This document shows, one piece after another, positions 14,464-26,735 of a stretch of DNA of 64,000 nt. Source of the DNA: Eledone cirrhosa (lineage: Eukaryota); the NCBI GenBank assembly GCA_964016885.1, contig OZ024740.1:238452001-238516000 (forward strand), given 5' to 3'. The notes below the pieces were generated by a model. The model made no database searches. It was not told the DNA's origin and saw only the letters and a list, made by a program, of their open reading frames with translations. The first letter of the stretch is position 1, and each line of letters begins with the position of its first letter. The translations under genes were made by a program, and so were the position numbers.

Positions 14464-14765
14464 TACGATATTAAATAAATGGAAATTATATTTATAAAAC
14501 CATATTTATTTCATTATATATATTTCAGGGATATCATTAAAAATATGTTATGCCTTCTTCAGACAAAATACAAAATACTACCAAATCAACTTTTCAAATG
14601 CAAGTCGAAGTTGAAAGGTATGTCGAATCTATCTATTTATAAGACTGTTTATATTGTATTTTGTCTGAAGAAGGCATAACATATTTTTAATATGATATCC
14701 CTGAAATATATATAATGAAATAAATATGGTTTTATAAATATAGTTTCCATTTATTTAATATCGTA
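14464..14765. repeat. Inverted repeat with 110-bp arms and an 80-bp spacer, ending at (TA)n
   Basis: 14464-14573 is the near-perfect reverse complement of 14654-14765. Confidence 0.92.
14657..14722 (+). ncRNA. Type I hammerhead motif in the right arm of a 302-bp palindrome
   Basis: tattttgt-CTGAAGA-(stem II about 12 bp)-GAAA-tatatATA-atgaaata. Stem I 8 bp with G.U pairs, AUA triplet. Confidence 0.65.
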
Positions 14766-14784
14766 TATATATATATATATATAT

Positions 14785-14929
14785 TTATTAAAATAACAGA
14801 TTAAAATTTAAGCAAAGAATCGCTGCTTTCACCCTTAACGGGATCTTTGCTCTACGGTTCTTATATATTTGATATATACTTATCCTTATCAAGCCCTCTT
14901 TGGATTTTAGTCTTCAAATTTATTATTAT

Positions 14930-14932
<3 letters not shown>
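14785..14932. mobile_element. TA-embedded short element; a rearranged, palindromic copy lies at 59455-59632
   Basis: cagattaaa...gcaaagaat...tttcaccct is shared directly. tccttatc...gtcttca is shared in reverse orientation. Confidence 0.65.
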
Positions 14933-14986
<54 letters not shown>

Positions 14987-15369
14987 GATAAATCTACCAA
15001 GAGTTTACGGTAGTGTCCAATCCGTATGAAGAACTCAATGTAGTCCGGATATCATGGAAAGAAGAGATGCAATGAAAAATCACTTTCGGTGAAAGATAAA
15101 CGGAATACAGAGTCAAGATAAAATATTAAAAAAATACTGAATAAAACAATGAAACAGTTCCTTATATTAAACAAAAAAAGTTCATTATTTAACGATCGTT
15201 TCTAGGATATATATGTGTTAGAATTGGCATGCATATTCAACAGATCTATGTACAAAATTATACAAAATTATACAAACTATCAAGATTAAATATACATACC
15301 AAACACACATATATGCCGTCTTCAGAAATAATTTTTTTAATATTTTATATATATATATATATATGTGTT

Positions 15370-15410
<41 letters not shown>

Positions 15411-15425
15411 TTGTATATATATATA

Positions 15426-15775
15426 TAGTTGTCCCCCGGCCTTCGTGGGGATTACGTTCCTAGAGGACTTGCGAAGAATGAAAAACCGCGAATATTGGAC
15501 ATGGTCGATAAAAATGCCTTTAAATGTCAAAATATAACGTAAAATATAATAAAAAAAGAGGAAGTGTCTTATGCGAAGGGGTGCCCAATAGGCCGGCCAA
15601 TTCGGTATATTATTATTAATAATTTAGCGTTAAAAAATGTATATATTGCCACGAAAAAATCGTGGAAGATATTTACTATTCCGCAAATATGCAGTGGTTT
15701 CCACAAACAATTATTAGTTAGGTTCTAAGGAAAATTCTGTGAATAACCGGGACCATGAATGCCTGGGATTAACTG
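15426..15775. mobile_element. Tigger/pogo-like MITE (diverged)
   Basis: agttgtcccccggc... and ...gcctgggattaactg-TA termini, in TA context. Confidence 0.55.
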
Positions 15776-15780
15776 TATAT

Positions 15781-16166
15781 CATCATCATCATCATCATCA
15801 TTTTACGTCCCCTTTTTCCCTGCTTGCAAGGGTGGGACGGGAACTGATTCTGGCTTGATTTCTACAGCTGGATGCCCTTCCTAACACCAACCTCATTTAC
15901 AGTGAGTGCTGGGTGATTTTTTTTTCCGTGGCGCCTACACGTCCACTTTACAGTGGGAGGGTGTGGGAGCATATTGTCTATATGCTTCAGCTTCGACTTG
16001 TACCCATGGGGGGTCGGGTCTTCTGTATTAGTGTGTGACGCCAGAGGTCACGGTCGTGTGTCATCACCTTTGAGAGGTACAATTGGGCAAGGTCGGCTTT
16101 TATCACCTCATCCCAGGTCTTCTTGGGTCTCCCCACTCCGCGGTTTCCATCGACTTCTAGTGCTCT
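15781..16166 (-). mobile_element. 5'-truncated 3' end of the same RTE family, with 3'UTR and (GAT)n tail
   Basis: 16015-16166 is the reverse complement of about 19795-19938. It continues into a tail ending ggacgtaaaatgatgatgat. Confidence 0.88.
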
Positions 16167-16301
16167 ATATATTAATCAGATTATATGTTAGTTTAACACC
16201 AACACTCCATATGCAGGGTCTATTAACTCCAGAGTAAATTTATAAACAAGAGGTATAAGTCTACATTTCATAATTTACTTCTTTTATTATATATATTAAC
16301 T

Positions 16302-16496
16302 GGGTGGTGGATTGGCAGTATCGGTAGAGGGTCGGAAGCCATGCTTTGCAGCAAAGAGTCACGCCCCTTTATGGTCTGAGTTCAAATCCTGCCGAGGTTA
16401 ACTTTGCCTTTCATCCTTACGGGGTCGATAAAATAAAGTACCAGTAATACACTGGGATAATTGCTGGCCTTGTGCCAAAAGTAGAAATAATTATTA
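16302..16496 (+). mobile_element. tRNA-derived SINE family B (Nin/Deu-domain-like core)
   Basis: gagttcaaatcc B-box, core gcctttcatccttacggggtcgataaaataaagtaccagt, (TTA) tail. Further partial copies near 37165, 40351, 45021 and 52118. Confidence 0.85.
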
Positions 16497-17621
16497 ATAT
16501 ATATTAACTGCCATTTCTTTACCGAAGAGGGCCACCTCTTCACATCCCTGCTATTATGAACCACTGCCAGCCAACCACAGGCTGCTGGTCAGTTTGATGA
16601 CTAAAAAAGCTTTGTTTAGGTCACCTTTCCTAGACGCTTCCCATATGGTATGGGTGAGCAGTGCATCCCTAAAAAAGGACTGCTCAGGCGCTCAAGACTC
16701 CGCCGAAGCATGTTGCTGTTCAAGTTAACAGTGCAGCAACGTTAGTATAAGACTCAAGCTGCCCACATCTAGATTTTTGACAATTTGCTTCTAACCAGTT
16801 GAGCCTGCACACATTGCCACTCCTTTATTACCGTGAACTTATGAAGAAATATCTGCACATAAAGATGTCAATGCTATGTGTTTGTGCTCCCCACAGCTAT
16901 GTGTCCAGTGACAAGCCAAGGCAAAATAACAGGTCAGTTACGAGGTATGCATGTTATTGTTATGGAGTTTAACCTCCCACCACCCTTGGCCAATTGCAGG
17001 TTGGTGAGGATATTTAACCCATAGTTGGGGTGGATGGCTGTTGATTCTGTGGAGTTCATCTGCCCTTTGGCAGCTCTTGTTTTTGTGCTGCTGGGTTTCC
17101 ACTTACCCTCCTCACCAGACCAGGGTTGGTGGGGGAGTTGGTTTAGTGGTCCACTGCCCGTCCATGAAACAGGTTGTACTGGGCCAATAGCATGCAGAGA
17201 TCTGACCTACATATATATATTTATACCATTTATATTAGGATGTTTACCAATGGGTAAAACTGGTGGTTTAGGTTGGCAAACAATGGTGCAACTAATTTAT
17301 TAAAGCACTCAACATTGTGCAAATCATCCATCGTAGATGTGGTATCCAGTGGCTGGTGCAGGAATGGAGGATTTACTTTAGAATTATAATTCCACAAAAT
17401 CACTATACATATTTCGATGGTCCAGCTCTATCATCCAATTATGATGCAAGACTAGGCAATTTCATCAGGTGTTATTTGCAGAATTATGTAACAGGATTAT
17501 GTTGAACCCAAATATAGAATAGAAGATAGGTGATAGAAAGTAGTGGACTGATTCGATTTGGGGACAGCCTGCTAATTTGGTGTTATATTGATAGCAGATG
17601 GTCCATATTTATATATATATG

Positions 17622-19938
17622 TGTGCTTTCCCTAGTGAGGAATGTACCTCCCAACATAGCTTAGTTGTCAGCGACCTCACGGTCAGAACTAGACGAACCT
17701 GGAAACAGAAGCCAACCTGGAGAAGAAAGATCTGGAAGCTGAAAGACCCCTCAGCCAGTAACAGATTTAAAGATATTTTACTGAACGCCTACGACAGTAA
17801 AGAAGAACAGATAGAGACATTCAATGTAGAAGAGCACTGGGAGTTCCTAAAAAATAACTTACTAGAGGTGATGGATGAGATCTGTGGCTGGAGTAAGACC
17901 ACAGGCAGGAGGAGAGTAACTTGGTGGTGGAACAGTAAGGTAGATGAGGCAGTTAAGGCCAAGAGACAGGCATGGAAAGAATGGAAGAATGGGGGAAGCA
18001 CGGTACATTACATAGAGACCAGGAGGGAAGATAAGCGGCAAGTATACTTAGCTAGGAGGGAAGCAGAGGATAGAAAATTCAAGAATGTTTTGCAATTTGA
18101 GGACCAGAAACAGGTGTTCAAGATTGCAAGGCAGTGTGTCAGAGAGAATTATGATGTCATTGGAGAGAAGTGTATCCAGAATGATAAAGGTGAGCTTGCC
18201 CTCACAAGTGCTGAGAAGAAAGATGTGTGGAAGAGCCATTATGATAGATTACTAAATGAGGAGAATGCATGGGAAAAAGATACCCTACCCCAAGTAGACC
18301 ATATAGAGGGGCCGGCAGTACAAGTCAGCAGCAGCGTAGTAAGGCAATCAAAGATATGAAAACGCGGAAGGCAACCAGTCCATCGGGTATAGCTGCCGAG
18401 ATGCTGAAGGCATCTGGGTCGGTAGGTCACACTATAACCACACGTATCGTTAACCAGGTAATACTAGAAGGTGTCATACCGAAGGATTAGTGCAGTAGCA
18501 TCATTGTCAACTGCTACAAAGGTAAAGGTGATGCATTAGATAGAGGAAACTATAGAAGTATAAAGCTGATGGACCAGGTCATGAAAGTAACAGAAAGAGT
18601 TATGGCACAGTTGATTAGGGACCGGGTGAAACTAGATGAGATGCAATTTGGGTTTGTGCCAAGAAGAGGCACCACTGATACCCTCTTCTTTGTGAGGCAG
18701 TTACAGGAAAAGTACCTAGCTAAAAGTAAGCCACTCTACCTGACATTCGTCAATCTCGAGAAAGCCTTTGACAGAGTTCCCCGTGCTATAATCTGGTGGG
18801 CTGTACAAGCCATATATAGAGGAGCAGTCAGCAAAGTTAGGATTAGCAATGAGTATAGCGAGGAATTTAGCATACAGGTCGGTGTCCACCAGGGCTCTGT
18901 TCTTAGCCCTCTCCTGTTCATCATAGTCCTGCAGGCAATAATTGAGGAGTTTAAGACCGGATCATCATCATCATCGTTTAACGTCCATCTTCCACGCTTG
19001 CATGGGTTGCCCATGGGAACTCCTGTATGTAGATGACCTCGCACTTATAGCTGAATCTATGGTAGAACTAGAGAAGAAATTCCAAACTTGGAAGCAGGGA
19101 CTAGAAAGAAAGGGTCTCAAAGTCAACCTGACAAAGACTAAGGTCCTTGTAAGTAGACGAGAAAACCTAACCCAGATCCCCTCAGGGAAATGGCCTTGCT
19201 CAGTATGTAGGAAAGGTGTAGGTAGGAACTCCATTCTCTGCCCCAAATGCAAACAATGGGTACACAAGAGATGTAGCGGGATCTCAGGAAGCTTAACTAA
19301 GAATGTAGGCTCACATGTAGCAGTTGTGCTGGGACAGCAAGCAGCAAACAGCCATAGGAAACAAGTACCACCAATCTCTGGGAGGGCTCTGTAGAAACAG
19401 TAGACAGCTTCTAGAATTAGCAGCGGAGGTGAGTGTTCGGAAAGTACAATAACTAGGGTAAGAACGGGATGGAAGAAGTTAGGGAACAACTGCCACTGCT
19501 AGCTGCAAAAGGCTTTTCCCTCAAAATGAAAGGCAGACTGTATGATGCGTGTATACAAACAGCAATGTTACATGGTAGTGAGACCTGGGCGCTGACTGTG
19601 GAAGACTTGCAGAGATTAGAAAGAAACGAAGCCTGCATGCTCAATGGATGTGTAATAGTAAACGGCAAAGCATAAAGGAATTGAGAGAGAGACTGAGCAT
19701 AAGAGGAATCAAATGTTGTGTGCAGGAGTGGCGGTTGCATTGGTATGGACATGTGATGCGTAGGAAGGATGACAGCTGCATAAAAAGGTGCAGAGCACTA
19801 GAAGTCGATGGAAACCGCGGAGTGGGGAGACCCAAGAAGACCTGGGATGAGGTGATAAAAGCCGACCTTACCCAATTATACCTTTCATGACACACAACCG
19901 TGACCTCTGGCGTCACGCAGTAATACAGAAGACTGGGT
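17622..19938 (+). mobile_element. RTE-clade LINE, 5'-truncated and frameshifted (end of APE, RT, C-terminal Cys/His finger)
   Basis: QFGFVPRRGTTD, EKAFDRV, GVHQGSVLSPLLF, LLYVDD, CSVC...CPKCKQWVHKRC and RLHWYGHVMR, spread across several frames. Confidence 0.93.
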
Positions 19939-20220
19939 CATAAAACCAGCCCAAACATTCTAGCAACACTGACTAATAGAGAGTTAAGCGCTAACGGCAT
20001 GTTGTTACTGCTCTGTTAAGATATGTTCTATTTTCTTTTTAATCTTTGTGCAGCAGCTATAGCTTCAGGTATTTGTGATATTTTTCAGTTGTTGTTCTTT
20101 TTGTTTTTATCGAGCCAAGTAGCCAATCTGCATCTGGTCTCAGCCTGTGTAAGGCATGCTTACTCTTGATATGATCTGTAATTTCACCTCTATTGTAAAT
20201 ACAAGGCCCACTTACTTTAC

Positions 20221-20836
20221 AATAATTTCTTCTTCAAGCACAAGACCAGTAATTTGGAGGAAGGGGAAAATCGATTATATCGGCCCCAGTTCTTTACTAG
20301 TACTTTATTTTAGCGACTCTGAAAGGATGAAGGGCAAAGCTAACCTTGGCAGGAACCAGAACAATTATTGCTAAGCATTTATTCGATGCTCTAACGACTC
20401 TGCCATTCCATTGCAACTTACTTTATAATAATGATTTCTGATTTAAGCACAAGGCCAACAATTTGGAGGAAGGGGAAAGTTTATTAAATCAACCCCAGTG
20501 TGTTACTGGTACTATATTTTATCGACTCCGTAAAAACAAAAAAAGGCAAAGCTAACCTCGGCGAGATTTGAATTCAGAATGTAAATAGCTGTAACTCCAT
20601 GCTGCAAAGCATGGTGTCTGACGCTCTACCGATACTGCCCTTACTTTATAATTGTTTCTACTATTGGAACAAGGCCAGCAATTACCCCAGTGCATTACTG
20701 GTACTTATTTTACCCTGTAAGGACGAAAGGCAAGGTTAACCTCGGTGGTATTTGAACCCAGAACGTAAAGGGCCATATCTCCATGCTGCAAAGCATGGTA
20801 TCCGACGCTCTATCGATACTGCCAATCCACTGCCCT
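20221..20836 (-). mobile_element. Three head-to-tail SINE family B copies
   Basis: Three reverse-complement copies separated by a repeated cttactttataat. Confidence 0.82.
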
Positions 20837-23139
20837 TACTTTATAATAATCATGCCCATCATGGTTCAGGAAAATCGTACCAAAGTTTTGTTAATCCATA
20901 GGGAGTTTCAGAGGCCAAGTCAACTTATTCTTTACATAGACAATCTACATTAATTAAAGTCAATTTACATATATCATATTATACAAAGCATGATCAAATT
21001 ATTGATTTTAAAATATTTATGTCTTACTTGCTACATAAAAGTTAATTTACATTTGGTGGTCCATGAAGTTTTCCTCAAGCATTTCATGCACTGTCTTCTA
21101 AATGTGTTTTACAAGACCTGGCCTCTATCAGTTCGAAGACTGACCACACCGCACACGAGGTGCCTCAGATACAACTATCGTAGGATATTCTAGCAGAATA
21201 GATTAGATCTAGAGGAGCAAGGCTTGATAAAAATCCTGCTTGTCTCATAGTAAGCAGTAGTTCATGCAACAATCATCAGTTTAATTAGATGATATCGGTG
21301 TCATGAACACCAGTGGCTTCGCAGATGATGGACTATTAATTTGACAATGGGTTGGCACAACTGCTCCAGTTAGTGGATAAATCATGAGTATGCGAGTGTG
21401 GTGAGCCACATATATTCTAGCCATTGGAAAAAGTAATGGTTCACCTTCAATGAAGTTTGACAAGGACCACAGAAGGCGGATGGTCAACCAGATGCTTTAT
21501 ATTGAAACTATCCATACAACAAACATACCACTCAACAGAGTATGGCAGTGGATGTAGCTGTTGTTGTTAACTTCTGGCCAGCCATATGATCAAAAATATT
21601 TGTACTGGGTGCCATTGAGACCTCTGGTGACCTGTCACCACACTACTGATTTCCTTGATAAAATCTGAAAGACAGCAGCTCACCTGAGGTAAAAGCCCTG
21701 TGAGGTGGAGTGGCTGTTGCAGTGGGTGTCACTGCAGCAATACCATTGCCATTTTATCCACGGGGTGCAACTGAAATACTATAGGTAGTGTCTTTCATCA
21801 GAAATATAACAAAAGGGTTCATCTTTATTGCTGATCAACATTGAACCTGCAATTCTCCACTTTGATGTTGCTATGTTGTTTTTAAAAGTTATAACGATGA
21901 GTAGTTCAATTTTTTAATAATTATCAATGGAGATTTGGGTGCTACAATGTCAAGTTAAGTAACTATGTAGAATTTATCTCACAAGTACATGGATTGCACC
22001 TAATCATTCAATTATTAATCTAATAAACCAACTGCTAGAAATAGTTGCCAAATCTCCCTTAAATTGATTAACAGTCTGCTCAATCAGAGCTAACTTAAGG
22101 CTAAAAAGCAATCACAACCAATTGAAAGCTCACAGAGGCTATGCAACAATAACTTTGTAAAATCTCTCTAGTTAAAGCAAAGGAACCTCTACAGTCACAT
22201 GATCTGCTAAAAACAACAGCCAAATTCTTTCAAATTCCACTGTATTATCTTTTATAAAAAGCGAAAGTACACATTGAATAATAAAGTCTGATATAGACTA
22301 TGTCTAAAAACATGATAGTATGACTATGGCAGGAATGTTTTTAATCATAGGTCTACTCAATAAGAACTCTCTAGAGACTAAACAATATCAACAGCTAAGT
22401 ACCTATAGACTTATTGCTATGTTGACTTAGTCTATCCTGATCAAGCAGATTTATAACATTAAGTAGTTGGCTAAAATCTCACTTGATTCCCGTTATACTA
22501 TAAATGTGCTTCATAAGAGTGACCAATACTTTTCAACATAAAGAACAATGACCACTTATATATCCTACAATATTTCTCTCTTGCTCTCACATTTAAATAT
22601 TCTTTAAATTAGAATTACTATAAAATTCTGTTGCTATATATTCCTGACAAACATTAACTACCAACTGTCCAAATTGGGTGGTAACACCAACTTGCCCCTG
22701 GGTCTTTAGTGGAATCCACTGTTATAAGACTAAATCTCTAATCTGAATAAAACTTCTCACCACAAATCACAGAATCCCCGAAAAGGGTCACAGACATTGT
22801 TCTTGCTATTCTAACTAAGCCATTAAAAAAATGGTCTGTATTTCACTATGTGATGGTCAGTTTTGCTGTAATCAAATTGAAAACAAAAACAGAGGAGATA
22901 TTGTTGAGCATGAGATGAAGTAGATATTAACATTTTGAGCATAGTCATTTGTCAGAAGAGCCTTGCCCAAAACATTAACCTCTTATCTATCTCAGAACAA
23001 TATATGCTTGATCTACTAGAAATAGCAGCCAAATCTCCTAACTAAAATCACATCTCACCATCTTAAATAAAGAAAAATACCTTGGACTCTGACGGTGATT
23101 TCAGTTGGATCCCTTTTCATTATAGGTCTGTTCCATTAA

Positions 23140-23546
23140 CCCTTTAAAATTTAAACCGACCATATCCGGCCAGAATTCTCTCACCTCTTTCTGTTCAAAC
23201 CAGCTGTAACTGGTCCCTCATACTAATATTAAGGTATTGTTCTCAAAATAAATATCAAAATCTCAGACTCAATATTATGTGAGATATTTATGTGAGGTAA
23301 AGCCTTTACCACAAAAATATAATAGCATAATAATAATAATAATGAAATTATTGTGTAAAGTGCTCAGGTGCACTACAACTCGTCAAAGGTGCATGTATAG
23401 TACATAGAATAATATACAAATGTCAGGGAAGTGAATAGTGTATGAGTTATGATATACATGTGTGTATGTGTGTGGAGGGGGAATCTCAGGAAGCATGGAG
23501 GTTTTAAAGGATGCAGTATATATAGAGTAATGTAAATGCTAAAGGG
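23140..23546. mobile_element. piggyBac-type MITE interrupted by a (TTA)n-tailed retroelement fragment (about 23327-23516)
   Basis: Both MITE halves match 25330-25540. Confidence 0.78.
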
Positions 23547-23798
23547 TTATGAATTAACTGTGGGTTAAACAATCATACAATTCTTCTATTTTCCTTTCTG
23601 ATCAATATCAACAACTGAATTTCCATTCTTCTTTGGACAATACAAGAATTCATGTTTCTTTAATACAATTTCTAACATAGGGACAATATCACAAATTTCT
23701 TTTTGATGGAGAAGAGAGGGAGACATAGTTAATGAAATTGAAACAATGGTATCTGTTTTATTGACTACAGTGGAGTTTGAAATCAGAACAAAAAGGGA

Positions 23799-24430
23799 TG
23801 TAGCGACTAGCGCCACCTTGCCCGGGGAGAAAATACTAATTGGAGTTACTTCCCGTTGAATTCTAGAATATTCCTTGAACTTCCAGTCTAGGGATTATAA
23901 AGGGAGAAAAGAGACATGTTAGCTTATTTGGTGACTGGCTCTCAGACAGTTCACTCACGAGCGAGTTTGTTAACCTTATATCTGTATCGAATTTAATTAG
24001 TGGTTGGCCTGCAGTGGCGTTTACCAAAGTAAATAACCCTGTGACCAATTCACTAAAGTGGTGACCCCGACGTTATGTACCTTTTGTTTTGCTTGCTCCT
24101 TATTCTATGGCTCCTCGCTACAATGACCTTACGGTTATTATCAACTATCGTCTGGAGGGGAGCCTTGTAGCGACTAGCGCCACCTTGCTTGGGGAGAAAA
24201 AACTAATTGGAGTTACTTTCCGTTGAATTCTAGAAGATTCCTTGAACTTCCGGTCTAGGGATTATAAAGGAGGGAGAAAAGAGACATCTTAGCTTATTTG
24301 GCGACCGGCTCTCAGACAGTTTACTCACAAGCGAGTTTGTTAACCTTATTATATCTGTATCGAATTTAATTAGTGGTTGGCCTGCAGTGGCGTTTACCAA
24401 AGTAAATAACCCTGTGACCAATTCACTAAA
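23799..24430 (+). mobile_element. TRIM (miniature LTR retrotransposon): LTRs 23799-24057 and 24166-24430, tRNA-Trp PBS, PPT
   Basis: Two direct repeats of about 260 bp starting TGTAG. PBS TGGTGACCCCGACGTTAT (24059-24076), PPT GGAGGGGAG (24154-24162), 4-bp TSD GGGA. Confidence 0.92.
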
Positions 24431-25329
24431 GGGACATAACTATTTACCCCAAGGTATTTTTTTCTGGTATTAAATCAATTGTTTTAATGCTTCTTTAGAA
24501 ATGAAGCATTCAGTTACATTAATCAATTACTTTTTATAGCTTCTAGCCCCTTCCGTGGTGCTATGGAATATTTAGGGAGCCAAACTATAACAGTAGTAGC
24601 AAGCAGTCAAATCTTCAAACCGCACCCAACACACTGTCTTTAAGAAAGGAGATATTTCATAATACAATCCAGAGTATACAATGCCTGAAAAATGAGTTAG
24701 TCTGCTTGCTCAGCAAACTAGGACAATACAACAATAGAAAAACTACATAAAAAGAAAATACAACAACATTTTTTCTTTCAAAACCAAATATAATGTGAAC
24801 ATTTTATAATTTTATTTCAATATTGTAAGAAATTCTTTGAAAGTATATGAAACACTTGAGAATGGAATGTGTTGGTGTTTTGTTGGAGGTGTTATGATTT
24901 TTATAGGGCACTTGGTCAATATACTCAGCTATTTCATTTCTTGTGCTAAATATAGAAATGTAATAGTTTGTGGAAATGTTCTGAGAAAGGCACAAGAGTA
25001 CAGGTGTTTGTAAAGATATAGGTATTTAGTATCTACAGTCAATGTAGAATTATTGGTGTTTACAGAGACAGAGAAGTGTTTGAGTTTAATGATATGAGGT
25101 TCATCTGAAAGGTCAGAAGCTCCACTTGAGTACTGACTCAGTCTGTGACGACCCTTCTAACCCTTGCTAGCAGGGAAAATGGAAATTAAATGATGATGAT
25201 GATGATGATGATGATCAACATCATCATCATTTGTATCTATAAATTCACAAAGCTACTGGTGTTTGTGGAGACACAGAAGTACTGATGCTTATCAAGGTAG
25301 GGGAGCATAGCTATTTATTTTCATCTTAA

Positions 25330-25540
25330 CCCCTTAGCATTTAAACTGGCTGTATCCGGCCAGAATTCTCTCACCTCTTTCTGTTCAAACCGGCCGCTCA
25401 TACTGATGTTAAGGTATTGTTTTCAACATAAATAATATCAAGATCTCATAGATTCAATATTATGTGAGATAATTATATGAGGTAAAGCTTTTACTATGAA
25501 AATGCAATAGTAAATATAGAGTAATGCAAATGCTAAAGGG
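25330..25540. mobile_element. piggyBac-type MITE (TTAA/CCC...GGG/TTAA)
   Basis: TTAA flanks, TIR ccc(c/t)ttagcattt / aaatgctaaaggg. Several copies in the window. Confidence 0.85.
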
Positions 25541-25762
25541 TTAATACAGCATGGCAAAATAGTTAAGACATTACATAACAATTACAAGGTTTCTTGTTTG
25601 ATCTCATTGTGTAGCATCTTGGGCAAGTGTCATTTCAATGCAACCCTTGTTACAGAAATTGGGTAGACAAACTGTTCAGAAACCAGTTAGATGGACTATA
25701 CTTGTAATTCAAAAGGCCAACCTTGTCACACTGGGTGAGATTAGTTCATGAATAGACATCCG

Positions 25763-26290
25763 TCATCATCATCATCATCATCATCATTATCATCGTTTAA
25801 CGTCCACCTTCCACGCTTGCATGGGTTTGGACGGGAGTTTTCCCACTTGAGGCAAGAGTGGTTGTCTTGCTCGCATAGGACTGTCTGGCGGGTTTTCTAC
25901 GGCTGGATGCCCTTCCTAACACCAACCACATTTACAGTGTGGAACTGGGAGGTTTTTACCGTGTTGCCTACACGGCCACATTACAGCGTGGACTGTGTGT
26001 GTTTTTGTCGTGACACCTACACAACCTCATTTGTTTCGGCCTGGATGTTGTGGTACCAACATAACTTTACATTGAAAGGGGTGGTGTGGATGGGGTGGGG
26101 GTAGTGGGACGGGGGGGGGGGGGGGGGGGGTTTATTTTGTTAGAGGTGCCTACTGACTGTAGTAGGTTTCACTTTGTACTTAGGCAAGGCGGGTCTTCTG
26201 TATTACTGTGTAGTGCCAAAGCTCTCGGTCCAATGACATTGTCTTGGAGAGGTGTAAGTGTGTGAGGTCGGACAGTCCATACAATAGTGG
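25763..26290 (-). mobile_element. RTE 3' end, tail type B (aacccatgcaagcgtggaa...gttaaacgatgat)
   Basis: Matches 46050-46473, 35168-35487 and 60616-60744. Includes the RTE ORF-end motif cagtaatacagaagac. Confidence 0.78.
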
Positions 26291-26703
26291 AGGTGTGGTC
26301 AACAACACTCTCCTCCTTTACCTATTGGAACATAAGGACAACATTTTAGAAAATTGGGGATAATTGCTTTAAAAACAAATATCTATGTAATTATAGGCAG
26401 TGAATTGTCAGTCATTAGAATGTTGAATGTTTTGCAGTATTCATTCCAGTTTTCTGTGCTCTTAAAATTCCACAGAAGTCAACTTTGCCTTCCATCCTTT
26501 TGAGATGAAGAAAAAGAGTACCAGTGCAGTACTGGGGTTGATTCTCTATGTCTATTTCTCACTTCCTCTCTATCACTCTCTCTCTCCTCCTCTGAAAGAA
26601 ATTGACTGTGTTCAGACCTGGAGTGGGATGGGCTCCATTAGGGTTAAAGACCAAGTATGTCACTATGGCACCCCTACAATTCCATCAGGAGTTATGAGTC
26701 CAT

Positions 26704-26735
<32 letters not shown>

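Noticed and set aside
16520-17210. Possible decayed LINE 5' region; similar weak remnants at 21050-21800 and 54380-54840
   Set aside because: Only vague motif resemblance; cannot be assigned without a homology search.
21684-21770. Candidate downstream exon on the minus strand (ttcag...CAG|GTGAGC)
   Set aside because: Phase-0 reading hits TGA at codon 14, and there is no AT-hook or acidic tail.
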